Origin: Trichomonas gallinae
Taxonomy: Eukaryota
Direction: 5' to 3'
DNA: 59,484 nt
Assembly (NCBI GenBank): GCA_008369845.1
Contig: MRSU01004812.1
Coordinates: 1 to 59,484 of the forward strand
This document shows, piece by piece, positions 8,721 through 20,218 of this stretch. How positions within the stretch are numbered: position 1 is the stretch's first letter; every line of letters begins with the position of its first letter. A program made the position numbers and the translations under genes. Under the pieces are notes generated by a model that had not been told where the DNA came from, searched no databases, and saw only the letters and a list, made by a program, of their open reading frames with translations.

Positions 8721-11582
8721 ATGATTCGGCAAAATTCGCCAATGCCAATCATTCTTTCGATAGAAAAGACAAATTCTGTTCTCCCGTCGCAATTTAGGTA
8801 CTCCTATGTGCACTGGCTAGGAAATCCACTTGGAGTTTTCGCGAATGAAGATTTTAATTTCAAAAAATATTTCGCTGCAGGCACAGAAGAGGGCCCAATC
8901 GTTATATTCGGTGACACAGGTACGGAATTGCATCAGGTTGCGCTTCTTTGTGGACACACTAGAACAGTCACTGGAATTTCCACATCATTGCACCCAGATA
9001 CATTCACGTCTGTGTCATATGATGCTGTTATATGCGGATGGTCAATGCGAGATGGAGTTTGTCTTTACTCATTTCAAGCAAATGTAAAACCCGGGTATAT
9101 TAAAGCAGTAAATAGCTCTACGAACGTCGATGTGCTTTACCTATGGAGTTTAGGTGGCACATTTTACAAATTAAATGTCAAAACAGGCGAAACACAATTA
9201 GTCTTACAATCTTTCGGTTTAACATCGCTTGCACCAACATTAGGTGACACAGTTCTTTTTACTACATACAACTCTATCTGCTCGTATAATACAAACACCG
9301 GAGAGAAAACAGTACATTACTTCACACCTTCAATTCACAAAAGACAATTTGCCTGCGAAAATGGATACGTATTAACGAAAAGAAATCGAGTACAGTTATA
9401 CGACATGTCATACGTTTACATTAATTCTATTGTTATCGAAGAATTGGAAGAAGAAGAAGCAATTCTCAAGGTTTATTGGCGCTCACATAAGCTTATTCAG
9501 ATTGTTACGTATCTAGGTAATGTTATTAACATAACATTGTCGAAAAATAACATAGAATATTCGATTACAAAACAAATTTATCCGAATTACTACAAATATG
9601 TATCATTTACAAACAGAGAACAGTTCCTTGGCGTTGTAGGAACTACTCTAATCAGTGTTCAAGATGAAAATGGCGAAAGATTTTTCAATGGAAATAAAAA
9701 TAAGAGAAATTATCATCTTTCGTCAGGAAATTGTCAACAATATTACGCATCAGACCATACAGATTACATAAAATACTTCGACAGAAACACTGTCGTTTCA
9801 AGATATAATCATTCTCATTCAACTGTCAGCTCTCTTTATTCTATCCAATACAAAGGCACGGAATATCTCATAACGGGCTCAATGAACGGCACCATTACAA
9901 TCTACAATAAAAATACCGAAGAACCACTTCAACAAATTCCAGCATTATCATGTCCAGTCGTAGGCATTGTTCAAACACCTTTCATGCTGGGTGGCTTTCC
10001 AAGGATACTCGCTATTGGTGAAGATGGATCATCCTGCTTGTTCAATCTCGGCGATCATAGAATTCATTACCTAGGAAATCATTTTAGACCGAGAAAAGTA
10101 TATATATATGAGCAGATGGGATTAATTTTCGTTTTATACCAAGGCGGAACAATTTTAATGTACAATCTCGACAATCCAGATCCAGTCTCGACATTGTCAG
10201 TTATTCCTCCGAAAGCAACATTGATTTGGTCATATTCGAGCAAGAATGTTTCTACATCAATTTCAGCGACAGGAACTGTAAATATTGGAGGAAAAGGCGT
10301 TGCTTTTGACACGCACAATCTCAGTGAGATAACATCATTCACTCAGACAGACACAATACTACTTGAAAACATTGTAAGAATATTTAAGTTATGCGATGAA
10401 GAGTTGAGAGATCAGCCAGGAAATTTAGTATTTATTGGAGCGAATCAGAATCCAACATTTTATTACGATAAATTTTCAATCAGCGGCCAGATACTTTATC
10501 TTGCTTCTCCGAATGTTATTGTCAATCACTGGGTTGCTTCCAACATCATTTCTTCTATTATTGGTATTGTCACGAAAATGCAATCATCGAGAACATTCGT
10601 TGAATGTCTTCCTATGCTTCTCCAAATGTTGTTTGAAGGCAGTACAATCGTTCAAGACATTACTGCCCCACTTATAATAAATATCATTCCTTTTCTTCAA
10701 AGTTCTGATTGCCAGCAAATGATTTCTTCAACATTATATCAGTTAAATGAAGGAAGCATTGATAATCTCAGCGATCCGAATAAATTTTTGCTGAGTATTG
10801 CAGTTAGCATCAACGAAAATTTAGTTCCAGCATCACTAACAAAGCCGCTATTTTTGTATTTGAAAGGTTCAGCAACTTTGTCGTCAGATGTTTTCCATGT
10901 AGCTTTGAACATTTTAACATATGGAATTAGAGTTTGGTTTAGAGAATCGCAACACACTGACTTGTTCATGTTTTTGATTCAAAGTGTTGACAAATACACT
11001 GCCAGTTCATATATAACATCACTTTCAAAGGCGGCACATGAAGATTATGCTGCATTCATACAAGCATTCAAGCAGTTCTTCTTGTCTAAACCACAAGATG
11101 AACCTTCGCAGATCATGAATATTAATATTCTAGCAAATTCAATGATCGATAACCCGCTTGGATCATTTGGCACTTTATTGCTGGCCAGATTTATTTGCGA
11201 ATCAGGTATCCATGTTCTTCGATCTCAGCTGGACTTGCACAAACATATCATCAAGTCAGTCGACTACAATGATGAAGTCATAGCTGTTGGAACACCAGAT
11301 GGAAACGTTTACGGTTTCTCGAAGACAAAACTTTTATTCGAGATACAAGCATTCAAAAGCCCAGTTAATCTCATTTTTCTCTCACCTAACAATGATGTAT
11401 GCTTTGCATATTCCAAAGAGCAGAAAGAATATGTATTGATCGGATATGGAAACGTGAGGAAAGGAATGATCTTCAAAGAAAAGCCTAAAATTATGCAAAG
11501 AATGGAAGTTCAGCAAGATAATGAAATTGTTACCATTGTATGGAAACAAGATTCAACTTTTTATATTGTTTTTAATCAATAA
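8721..11582 (+). CDS. WD40-repeat protein, WDR7/WDR72 (rabconnectin-3 beta)-like
   Basis: LLCGHTRTVTGI...SVSYDAVICGWSMRDGVCL matches the WDR7 N-terminus; further WD blades (LITGSMNGTITIY, IAVGTPDGNV). Start may be the ATG at 8742. Confidence 0.75.
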   Translation: MIRQNSPMPIILSIEKTNSVLPSQFRYSYVHWLGNPLGVFANEDFNFKKYFAAGTEEGPIVIFGDTGTELHQVALLCGHTRTVTGISTSLHPDTFTSVSYDAVICGWSMRDGVCLYSFQANVKPGYIKAVNSSTNVDVLYLWSLGGTFYKLNVKTGETQLVLQSFGLTSLAPTLGDTVLFTTYNSICSYNTNTGEKTVHYFTPSIHKRQFACENGYVLTKRNRVQLYDMSYVYINSIVIEELEEEEAILKVYWRSHKLIQIVTYLGNVINITLSKNNIEYSITKQIYPNYYKYVSFTNREQFLGVVGTTLISVQDENGERFFNGNKNKRNYHLSSGNCQQYYASDHTDYIKYFDRNTVVSRYNHSHSTVSSLYSIQYKGTEYLITGSMNGTITIYNKNTEEPLQQIPALSCPVVGIVQTPFMLGGFPRILAIGEDGSSCLFNLGDHRIHYLGNHFRPRKVYIYEQMGLIFVLYQGGTILMYNLDNPDPVSTLSVIPPKATLIWSYSSKNVSTSISATGTVNIGGKGVAFDTHNLSEITSFTQTDTILLENIVRIFKLCDEELRDQPGNLVFIGANQNPTFYYDKFSISGQILYLASPNVIVNHWVASNIISSIIGIVTKMQSSRTFVECLPMLLQMLFEGSTIVQDITAPLIINIIPFLQSSDCQQMISSTLYQLNEGSIDNLSDPNKFLLSIAVSINENLVPASLTKPLFLYLKGSATLSSDVFHVALNILTYGIRVWFRESQHTDLFMFLIQSVDKYTASSYITSLSKAAHEDYAAFIQAFKQFFLSKPQDEPSQIMNINILANSMIDNPLGSFGTLLLARFICESGIHVLRSQLDLHKHIIKSVDYNDEVIAVGTPDGNVYGFSKTKLLFEIQAFKSPVNLIFLSPNNDVCFAYSKEQKEYVLIGYGNVRKGMIFKEKPKIMQRMEVQQDNEIVTIVWKQDSTFYIVFNQ

Positions 11583-13871
11583 AATATTTTGTTTGATAGT
11601 TAAATTCTTGACATTTTGAAATGAAAAAATTTCTTCCAAATCATTTGGATGAAAGTCTACAAAGTAAGAATTTAAAACGATTTCTGTAATACCATCGCAT
11701 CTATTGAATGCATAACTACTTATGTGTGCCAGTTTTGGAGGTAATATTACTGACTTTATACTAGTATTTTGAAATGCATCTTGTCCAATATAATATAATT
11801 CGTCCCCTAATTTTGGATTTAAAGATATACAATCCGCAAATGCCCCACCATGAATTGAAACTATTTTATCTAAGTTGATTTCAACTAATTTGATACAGTG
11901 GCCGAAAGCACTACTTCCAATTGATTTAATTGTATCAGAAATTGTGACTTTTTCAAGATTTGGCATTTGATAGCATAAAGTGTATGGTATCATAAATGTT
12001 GGACTATTAATTACAACTTCTCTAAAATGTGAATCATGAATGCTTGGTAGATTGATTTCTGTCAATAATTCAGAATATGTAAATTTAGATATTTTAGAGA
12101 ACCCTACACTTTCAGCGATTTCTTCAATATTACTTGCGAATATAAGATTTTTAATTTTTGAATTTAACACAAAAGCTCCTGGATATAAGTAAGTATAATC
12201 TGACGAAATTGTGAATTCTTCTTTATCAAACTGAGGTAAAATTACCACAAGTGCTTTACCTTGAATTGCATTACCATCTGCATTAAATGTTGAAGTCACA
12301 ATATTGTTCGTTACAGTGAATTTATTATTATCTTCAAATATTATTTCGTTAATCGAAGTATATGCTAAACAATTAAAATTAATTTGGTGTGAATCAGCCG
12401 AAATTGTAACTTGTCTCAGTTTTGAGCAATTGAAGAACATATATTTTCCATCCAGCTTTGTCTTAACTGATTCAATTTGTGAATTTGCAAATAAGTATTC
12501 ACTATATTTGGTGTCAACTTTTGTCAAATCGAGATATTTGATTGGACCAGTGAATGCAAATACATTGGTTTTAAAACTGATTTCATCGGGATTTGATTCG
12601 AATTCGATTTTTTCCAAAGAATTACATTTATAAAACATTAGTGATTCAAGTTTAAAATACCAATTTGTTTTTATTTTAGCCGATCTAAGATTTGTGCATT
12701 TAGCAAAAAGATACCATGCTGTTTTTGATGTTGTAATTGTAGTTAATCCTTCGCAACCAATAAAAGCAAAAGAATCACATTCTATATTTAGTTCTGTCAA
12801 TTTTATTTTATGGCAAAATGCAAAAGCTTTTGCAGCTATCCGATTTAAGTTTTGTGCATTAATATCTAATTCAAGATTATTACATCTATAAAAACCATAC
12901 ATAGACACTTCTTCCAATTTTGATAATTCGACAGTTTGTAAATTAATGCAATGCGTAAATGCATTATCATAAACATAAATTACTGATTTTCCAACAACTT
13001 TTCTTAAATTATAACAGTTTTTGAAACAATCTTTTGCAATTCTATTGATATCTGATGGTAATATAACTTCTTGTAGTTTATAACATTCTTGAAATGCACC
13101 ATTAACTAAAATATATTGATCTGGAATAGTTATAGTTTGGATTTGAGTGTTTGGGAAACCAATTGATTTTGAAGCTGATCCAACAAAATGTACATCTCTC
13201 AAATTGCTAAAACTAAAACTAGATTTATCAATATTGAGATTTGTTGGAATTGTAATAGATTCTACAGAAGCATACTCAAATGCATGAAGTCCAATAGAAG
13301 TTACCTTTGACAAATCGATACTTTTTAGTGACTGACAATATGCAAAAGCATACTCACCAATTTCAACTTGTTCTGCTGAAAATGTCACTTTTTGTAAACT
13401 AATGCATTTTGAAAAACAGTTTGTTGGAATATATCTGCATGAAAGTTTGATTTCTTTAAGCTTAATACAATTTAAAAATGCATTTGAATTCAAATAATTA
13501 ACATTTTGCAAATTTATTATTTCGATTCCTGAAGATTCAAATGCATTACTACCGATACTTATGATATTTGATGATAATTCTATTTCATGGAGATTTATAA
13601 AACCTTTAAACGCATTTGCTGGGATTTCATATTTGCTTCCTTCCAATATTATTTTTTTAGCATATGCAAAAGCACGATTTACCTTAAATACATCCAAGTT
13701 TACGGAATATATTATGGTATCAATTTGATTTTGTTTCATCAAAGTAAATAATTTATCATCAATATCTGAAGAATCAGATAGCGTAATTGTCTTTCCATGT
13801 ATACTTGGTTGCGAGTTTAAGTAAACAATTGTATTTAATAAACTATGGCAGCATAAGAAACTCTTCAGCAT
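11553..13871 (-). CDS. BspA-like leucine-rich repeat (TpLRR/LRR_5) protein, no C-terminal TM, possibly truncated
   Basis: Many IGxxAFxxCxxL repeats; Inr TCATTTTT before the ATG at 13871 (MLKSFL). Confidence 0.9.
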   Translation of the reverse strand: MLKSFLCCHSLLNTIVYLNSQPSIHGKTITLSDSSDIDDKLFTLMKQNQIDTIIYSVNLDVFKVNRAFAYAKKIILEGSKYEIPANAFKGFINLHEIELSSNIISIGSNAFESSGIEIINLQNVNYLNSNAFLNCIKLKEIKLSCRYIPTNCFSKCISLQKVTFSAEQVEIGEYAFAYCQSLKSIDLSKVTSIGLHAFEYASVESITIPTNLNIDKSSFSFSNLRDVHFVGSASKSIGFPNTQIQTITIPDQYILVNGAFQECYKLQEVILPSDINRIAKDCFKNCYNLRKVVGKSVIYVYDNAFTHCINLQTVELSKLEEVSMYGFYRCNNLELDINAQNLNRIAAKAFAFCHKIKLTELNIECDSFAFIGCEGLTTITTSKTAWYLFAKCTNLRSAKIKTNWYFKLESLMFYKCNSLEKIEFESNPDEISFKTNVFAFTGPIKYLDLTKVDTKYSEYLFANSQIESVKTKLDGKYMFFNCSKLRQVTISADSHQINFNCLAYTSINEIIFEDNNKFTVTNNIVTSTFNADGNAIQGKALVVILPQFDKEEFTISSDYTYLYPGAFVLNSKIKNLIFASNIEEIAESVGFSKISKFTYSELLTEINLPSIHDSHFREVVINSPTFMIPYTLCYQMPNLEKVTISDTIKSIGSSAFGHCIKLVEINLDKIVSIHGGAFADCISLNPKLGDELYYIGQDAFQNTSIKSVILPPKLAHISSYAFNRCDGITEIVLNSYFVDFHPNDLEEIFSFQNVKNLTIKQNILLIKNNIKS

Positions 13872-14383
13872 TTTTAAAAATGAATTAGATAAAATTTTCT
13901 TGAAAAAATATAAGTACATATATCCTTAAATATTTTATAATTGAGTATTTTCAAATTTTAAAGCAATTGAAAAATTGAAAACCTGAAGAAAAAATAAATT
14001 ATAAATAGCATCTAGAAATATGAAACTTTAATCCGAAATCGGATCTGGCTGGCAAAGTTAACTCTATCCAATATTTTATGATTTTTATACTAATAATGAT
14101 GTGTTATTAATGATTCTTAAATAAATTTATTTCTCCGACAGATGGATAAATGAAATATTTATTTTTTGCTTGTTTTCAAAATAATTGGACATTTCTTGTT
14201 GGATATAAAAAAACATTTCTGAATTGAATGGTTTTCGTTATTTGTGATGACTTCTGAATTATTCTTAAGTTTATAAAAAATTCAATGATTTTAAATCTTT
14301 GAATTTATTGAAATATATTGTAAAATAAATAATTTACTGAACTTTTGGATTTTTTTAAAAAAAGTGACTATATTCATTTGAAA

Positions 14384-17300
14384 ATGCTGAAATCGAAGTT
14401 ATTAATTGCACATTTGCTCCATAAAAATGTTCATTTTAACTCTGAACCGATAATAAATGGCAATGTAATGACAATAAGTTCTCAAAAAGATTTCAAAAAC
14501 GAGTCAATTAGAGGAATTGCTTTGGCAAAAAGAATTACTCATCTTATTCTAGATGAAGGAACAATTACAGATATTAATGATATTAGGTATGCTTTCCCAA
14601 TGATCAACACCCTTGAAATTAAATCATCAAATATAAATCAACTTGGTAATTATTTTGAAAATAGTTTTATTCAAACCATAAAATTACATAAAAACGTTAA
14701 AGCATTAAACAAATTCGACTATTCATCTATTGAAAATATCAATCTTGAAAATGTAAAAATTCTTGGAACATTTCAGTACTGTTACTCTTTAAAGTCTTTG
14801 AGACTGAATTCTGATGAAATCCCTAACAACTTTGCAAAAGGATGCATCAATCTTGAATCTGTCACTTTTATCAATCCTCCTGCATAAATTGGCAGCTATG
14901 CTTTCTCGCATTGTGCCTCATTAAAATCATTTGACTTTAGCAAGTCCATCACAATAGGTTATTATGCATTTTATTACTCAGGTATTGAAGAATTAAAGAC
15001 CCCTCCTTCAAAAGATTAATGAGGGTGCTTTTTCTAACTCACAACTGAAGACTCTATCATTTGCTGAACCTTCAACTAATTTAACACTCTGTTCTAATGT
15101 CTTTAATAACACTCTAATTGAGTCTGTTTCTTTAAATGCAAAAATAATTATTGATCAACAGTGGCAATATTATCATTATCAATTTGCAAACTGTGGTAAA
15201 TTAAAAACAGTTTCTTTTCATGGAACCGGAAAAATTACATCATGGTTTGCATATTTTTGTATAGAATTAGAAACAGTTGATGCTCCTAATATCATTGAGA
15301 TTGATTCTGGTGCATTTGAATATTGCGCTTCATTGAAAACAATTAACGTTCCATTACTCCAAAAGATAGAATATAGCGCATTTCGTTACTGTACATCATT
15401 AAATTTAGATATATCAAAGCTGACTCAACTTTCAAAAATAGGAGCTAAAGCTTTTGAAATGTGTATCAGTTTGCCATCACTTGTTCTAAATGCCAATAAT
15501 TGTTTTTCATATTGTCGACAACTAGAATCTGTTCTTATTCAAAAAGAATGCGTTTCAATTCCATCTTATTGTTTTGAAGAATGCTCAAATCTAACTAAAT
15601 TAGTCATCCCATCAACAGTTTCGTATATTGGTGCATACGCATTCAAAGGTTCAGCAAAAGTTGACATTCTTGATATTGCAGATCGTGGTGCAGAATTAAA
15701 AGCTGCAGATGGATGCTTAGCTAAGACAATTAGAACCAACAATAGCATAATATTAAATACTCCGAACTTAGAAAAAATAATATTCACAAAAAGCACGCAG
15801 ACATTTAATCCTCAATCATTCGATTCAGATGATTTGAAAATTGAATTCGAAAGTGATAATAATAATTTTATAACTAAGGATCATATGATTTTTAGTTCAA
15901 ACAATTCCATATTATATGTAGTTTTGAATACATTCACAAGTGAGACTTTTGAAGTTCCATATTATGTTACTTCTATTCAAGATGGTGCATTTAAATTCGC
16001 AAAGAATGTTAAAACAATTAAAATTTCGCATCAAGTTGAAAATTTGGGATTGAAAGATGCTCGACATGTACAAAATATCATTATTACAACTAAAAAAGAA
16101 ATAACTATTGATGAATTTTATTTGAAAAATTGCAATAATCTTGAACATATTGAAATAAATGGCGCACGTGCAAATATTAGAGAACAAAATACACCCTCAT
16201 TGAAATCATTTAAATTTGAAAAATATTCAGAATTAAGAGGATTTCTCGTAAATTCCTCATTTGAAACTTGTGATGTTTCAAATTATAGAGTATATGCTCA
16301 ATTATTTAAGGATTCCCTGAATCTGAGATCAGTAAATCTTGGATCCGACAATATCGAGATTCCTCCACAGATGTTTCTAAACTGCATAAATTTCAATCAA
16401 ATTGATGCCTCAAAAGTAAGATATGTAGAATATATGTCATTTTATAATTGCAGTTCATTGACCACCATTGATTTATCAACTGTTGAAACAATATCCAACA
16501 AGGCATTCATGCATTGCACTTCGTTGACAAAAGTTGTTTTATCAAATTGTGTTCATAGTATAAGAGAATCAGCTTTCTTTAATTGCACTTCACTCAAAGA
16601 AATCGACCTTTCTAGAGTTTTAGAAATTTATCAAGAAGTATTTTCTCATTGTGTTTCATTGGAATCAATCGACCTATCATATCTGGTACTTATCCCTAGA
16701 AAAGCATTTTATAAGTGTACAAGTCTTAAATCCATTGCTTGGCCATTTGTACAATTCTTAATAGATAGTGAATCATTCACAAACATATCTCTCGGAGATT
16801 TCATCATGCCAGAAAATGCAATTTATCTCAAAGATGCATTTATTGATTGTAATTTCACATCTTTAACTATAACAAATAGAGCTGAATTAACATTAGATAT
16901 GAAATGTAGAGTTGGAAAACTGATTTTACCTTCAACATTGCAAATGTTTAATGTCAAAAATATGGAAGTAGAACAAATCGAATTTAGTAAAGAAAATCCA
17001 TATTTTAAAATAGAAGGAAATGCTCTTATTAGTAAATTAACTAATTCCGTAGTTGCAATATTTGGAAAACTGCCAAAAGAAATCACAATCCCAGATAATA
17101 TTCATGATATCAACCCATTTTCCGTGTTAACTGACCATAATGAACTCTGGAATTATTATGGCAAAGCGCCAGTAATTCTCAAAGTTCCATCATCGATTTT
17201 CAATTTTGATGTTGATTTTCGTACCATTTATGCTGCTTGTTATGATTATTTTGTTTATGTTGGCGAGGAATACGAAAAAGAATTGATTCCTATAGGTTTC

Positions 17301-17558
17301 GAGGGTATAGGTATAGGATGCAATACAACAATTCCAGAGATTCCTAATATCACATATTATGATGCTAGTCAAGATAATGATGATTTCTATGACGAATTTG
17401 ATTCTAAGACTCACAAGCCTCTTGATTCTGAAAATAAGACAATGAAAAGAGGTGAAATTGCTCTGATTGTTATTACATCCATTCTATGTGTTGCACTTGT
17501 AACAGTAATATCTGTTTATGTCTATTTACTTATGAAAAAGCCGGCCGAATCAGCATAG
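14384..17558 (+). pseudogene. BspA-like LRR surface protein interrupted by a nonsense codon (TAA 14885-14887) and a frameshift (about 15005-15015)
   Basis: After the TAA the frame continues IGSYAFSHCASLKSFDF...IGYYAF. After a frame change KINEGAFSNS...IDSGAFEYCASLKTIN joins the 15333 ORF. C-terminal TM IALIVITSILCVALVTVISVYVYLLM followed by KKPAESA. Confidence 0.85.
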
Positions 17559-17714
17559 ATTTTGAAACTATAACCAATTAATCTCATAGTAAAAATTACT
17601 GATTAATTAATTAGAAATCATGTCAAATTATTCATCCAAATATTTTATGTACAGCTTTTTTATTTGGTGTTATGACACTTCAAATTAGATTTTTTAGATG
17701 ATAAATACAATGTT

Positions 17715-17788
17715 CTGTACAGAAAGTGGGACGAATTTTGATAGTTTTTACATGTCATATTTGACATGTAAAGTGTCCAAAAGTGACA
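17715..17788 (+). repeat. 73-nt dispersed module, copy 1, with palindrome TTTACATGTCA-N4-TGACATGTAAA
   Basis: Perfect 11-bp inverted repeat at 17747-17772; colinear homolog at 36665-36737. Confidence 0.7.
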
Positions 17789-18903
17789 TATCTATCACTT
17801 TTTCAAATGATTTTGATGCTGGGTTGGTAAGACTAAATTTTTGAGAAAAAAGAATTTGAAGAAATATAAGAAGATAGTGCCAGCATTAGATATGACGCCT
17901 GAAGCAAGTTAAAGCTTTTTCATCTCTTTTTTAGATACTGCTAAGAGAGAGTGCCACTTGTATTCAGCAATGTAACATTTTGATTGAAATTTCCTAAATA
18001 GTTTTTTTGTTTAGATTTTTTGGGAATGTTAATGCGAAACGTTCTTAAAATTTGGTTCTATAGCAACTCATGGATGTTAATTAACTAAAAAGCTATTTTT
18101 GTTCAAACGATTATTTTCAATTCAAAATCGAAAATCTTATAAATGAAAATAATAATATATTAGAAATTATTTTTATTGAATACGATAAAAATTAATTCAA
18201 AATATAATTCAATTTAAATAAAACAATCATTATAATTAAAAATTTCGCGCATTTTTATTAATGATATCACGCCCGTAAAATCGTTTCAAAATTAATTTGT
18301 CCTAAAAGTTATTTTATGGTGTATAGTTTTGGATAGTTCAAATGAACGATAAATAATTTAGTTCAAAGAAAAACCAAAAAGTTATTAGTTATCTGTCTCT
18401 ATGTCTGGTATGCTGATAAATTCGTTTTGATCGTTGTTTTAATGACAAAATTTATCCAATTCTATAGTATATGAAGAAAAAATTTACTTTTCAGAATATA
18501 GAAATAAATTGAATGAAACTTACACAAATTCAAAGAAACTGAAAATGATTATCTTTTTTAAACTTGGTAATACTTGATTGTATATTCGAAATATTGAGTT
18601 TTAAAATTGAATTAACGTGATTGGCAATACTCTTTATATGATTTATATTAATAATATCTAAAAATTTTGAAATTTAAAATTTGAGACATATTCAAATAAT
18701 TTGTGTGAATAACTTTGTAAGACAAAATATTAAGCTATATTATCATAACCATTTTTCGAAAAATTGCTATCCCATTATTTGTAAAGTTATCAAAAGTTTA
18801 AACTTTTCTTAAAGATGGAAATTGCACGAAAGTTGCTTAATAAATAGTGTTTAGTAAAATTCAACAAAAATTTTTTGGATGGTTATTATTAAATTTTTTA
18901 TTA

Positions 18904-19821
18904 ATGCATCTGAGACTTGATGAGGCTTATATCAAAACATGTCTCCAATCTAGAGGCTACGACATGAAGGGTAGCGTTGGATCAGGCAATTTCGGTGCGT
19001 GCTATCTAGTCTACAGCAATAAATACAAGCAAGATTTTGTATGCAAAGTCACGATTAACAAGCAAGAAAACAAAATGTTCGAAGACTCATATAACAGAGA
19101 AGTCAGAGCATTGATAAACTTCACTCATCCAAACATTCTACGCTCCTATGAAGTTTTTACATTCGAAAATTACTTATTTATGATTCTTGAGTATTGCGGA
19201 GGCGGCAATATCATGGATCATATAAAGGAACACGGGCTGATCAAGCCATTAGATTTAGTTAAATTCACAGCTCAAGTTATTGATTCACTCGATTATATGC
19301 ATTCGTTGGGCTACGCTCACCGTGATATTAAGCCTCAAAATATATTAATAGATAATAATTGCCGTATAAAAATGGCTGATTTTGGTTTGACTGAAAATTT
19401 CAATGATCCTTTACAAGAGAAAAAGATATGTGGCTCCCTCCAATTCATGGCCCCCGAGCTCTTAAAAAACCAAAACTATGATCCAATGAAAGCAGACATT
19501 TGGGCACTCGGAGTTACAATTCACAAATATGCATTAGGATACGTTCCATTCAATGGATTTACACCAGAACAGATGTTAGAGGAAATAGATCAAGGATATA
19601 AACAGACAAAGACAATTCCTCCACCTTTATCAATAATCGTCCAGATGTGCTTGCAGAAAGATCCTTCTAAGCGTCCTTCTATGAGCCAGCTGAAGCAGAT
19701 AATGAACCAGTCAGTCAATCCAAGCTTAAACAAAAGACACTCAAGTCTCAGATCAAAAGTTAAGCCGTTTAGCACTGGCCCCAACATTGTTATTCCAAGG
19801 TTTAGGTACTTCTCAGTCTAA
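18904..19821 (+). CDS. CAMK-family Ser/Thr protein kinase
   Basis: GSGNFG, VCK, HRDIKPQN, DFG, CGSLQFMAPE, DIWALG; first ATG at 18904. Confidence 0.95.
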   Translation: MHLRLDEAYIKTCLQSRGYDMKGSVGSGNFGACYLVYSNKYKQDFVCKVTINKQENKMFEDSYNREVRALINFTHPNILRSYEVFTFENYLFMILEYCGGGNIMDHIKEHGLIKPLDLVKFTAQVIDSLDYMHSLGYAHRDIKPQNILIDNNCRIKMADFGLTENFNDPLQEKKICGSLQFMAPELLKNQNYDPMKADIWALGVTIHKYALGYVPFNGFTPEQMLEEIDQGYKQTKTIPPPLSIIVQMCLQKDPSKRPSMSQLKQIMNQSVNPSLNKRHSSLRSKVKPFSTGPNIVIPRFRYFSV

Positions 19822-20218
19822 CACGTGCTTAGTTAGAGACTTTTGTTATATATTTTATTGTTGTTTTTTATATAGATTTATATGATCTAAAAGCGCTAAA
19901 CTATGATCATGATTTATGCTAATTAAGAAGAAATTCGCTATTTTATCCATATACATGCAAGAAAAATATTGTTGTCATTTCAATATTCGATAATTTATGA
20001 AGCAACCTTCAAAAATGTGTTTATCTGGTTGTATATAAATGGATTCCGAAGGGAAAAATGATAAAATAGTAATTTCCCAAACTATATTGATTAAGCTATT
20101 GATAGATAATATCATTAGTGAGACTTGGATTTACCATATTTAGCGAAGGAAAAATAGAAATGCTTACCGTATGATAAAAATAACATAAAAATTTAATAAA
20201 CAAAAAATATTCTTTGAT

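Noticed and set aside
14885..14887. Alternative genetic code (TAA read as sense)
   Set aside because: All other genes are open in the standard code and many end in TAA; this gene also has a frameshift.
14885..15333. Intron joining the two BspA ORFs
   Set aside because: The gap encodes LRR repeats and lacks the trichomonad GTAYGT...ACTAACACACAG signals.
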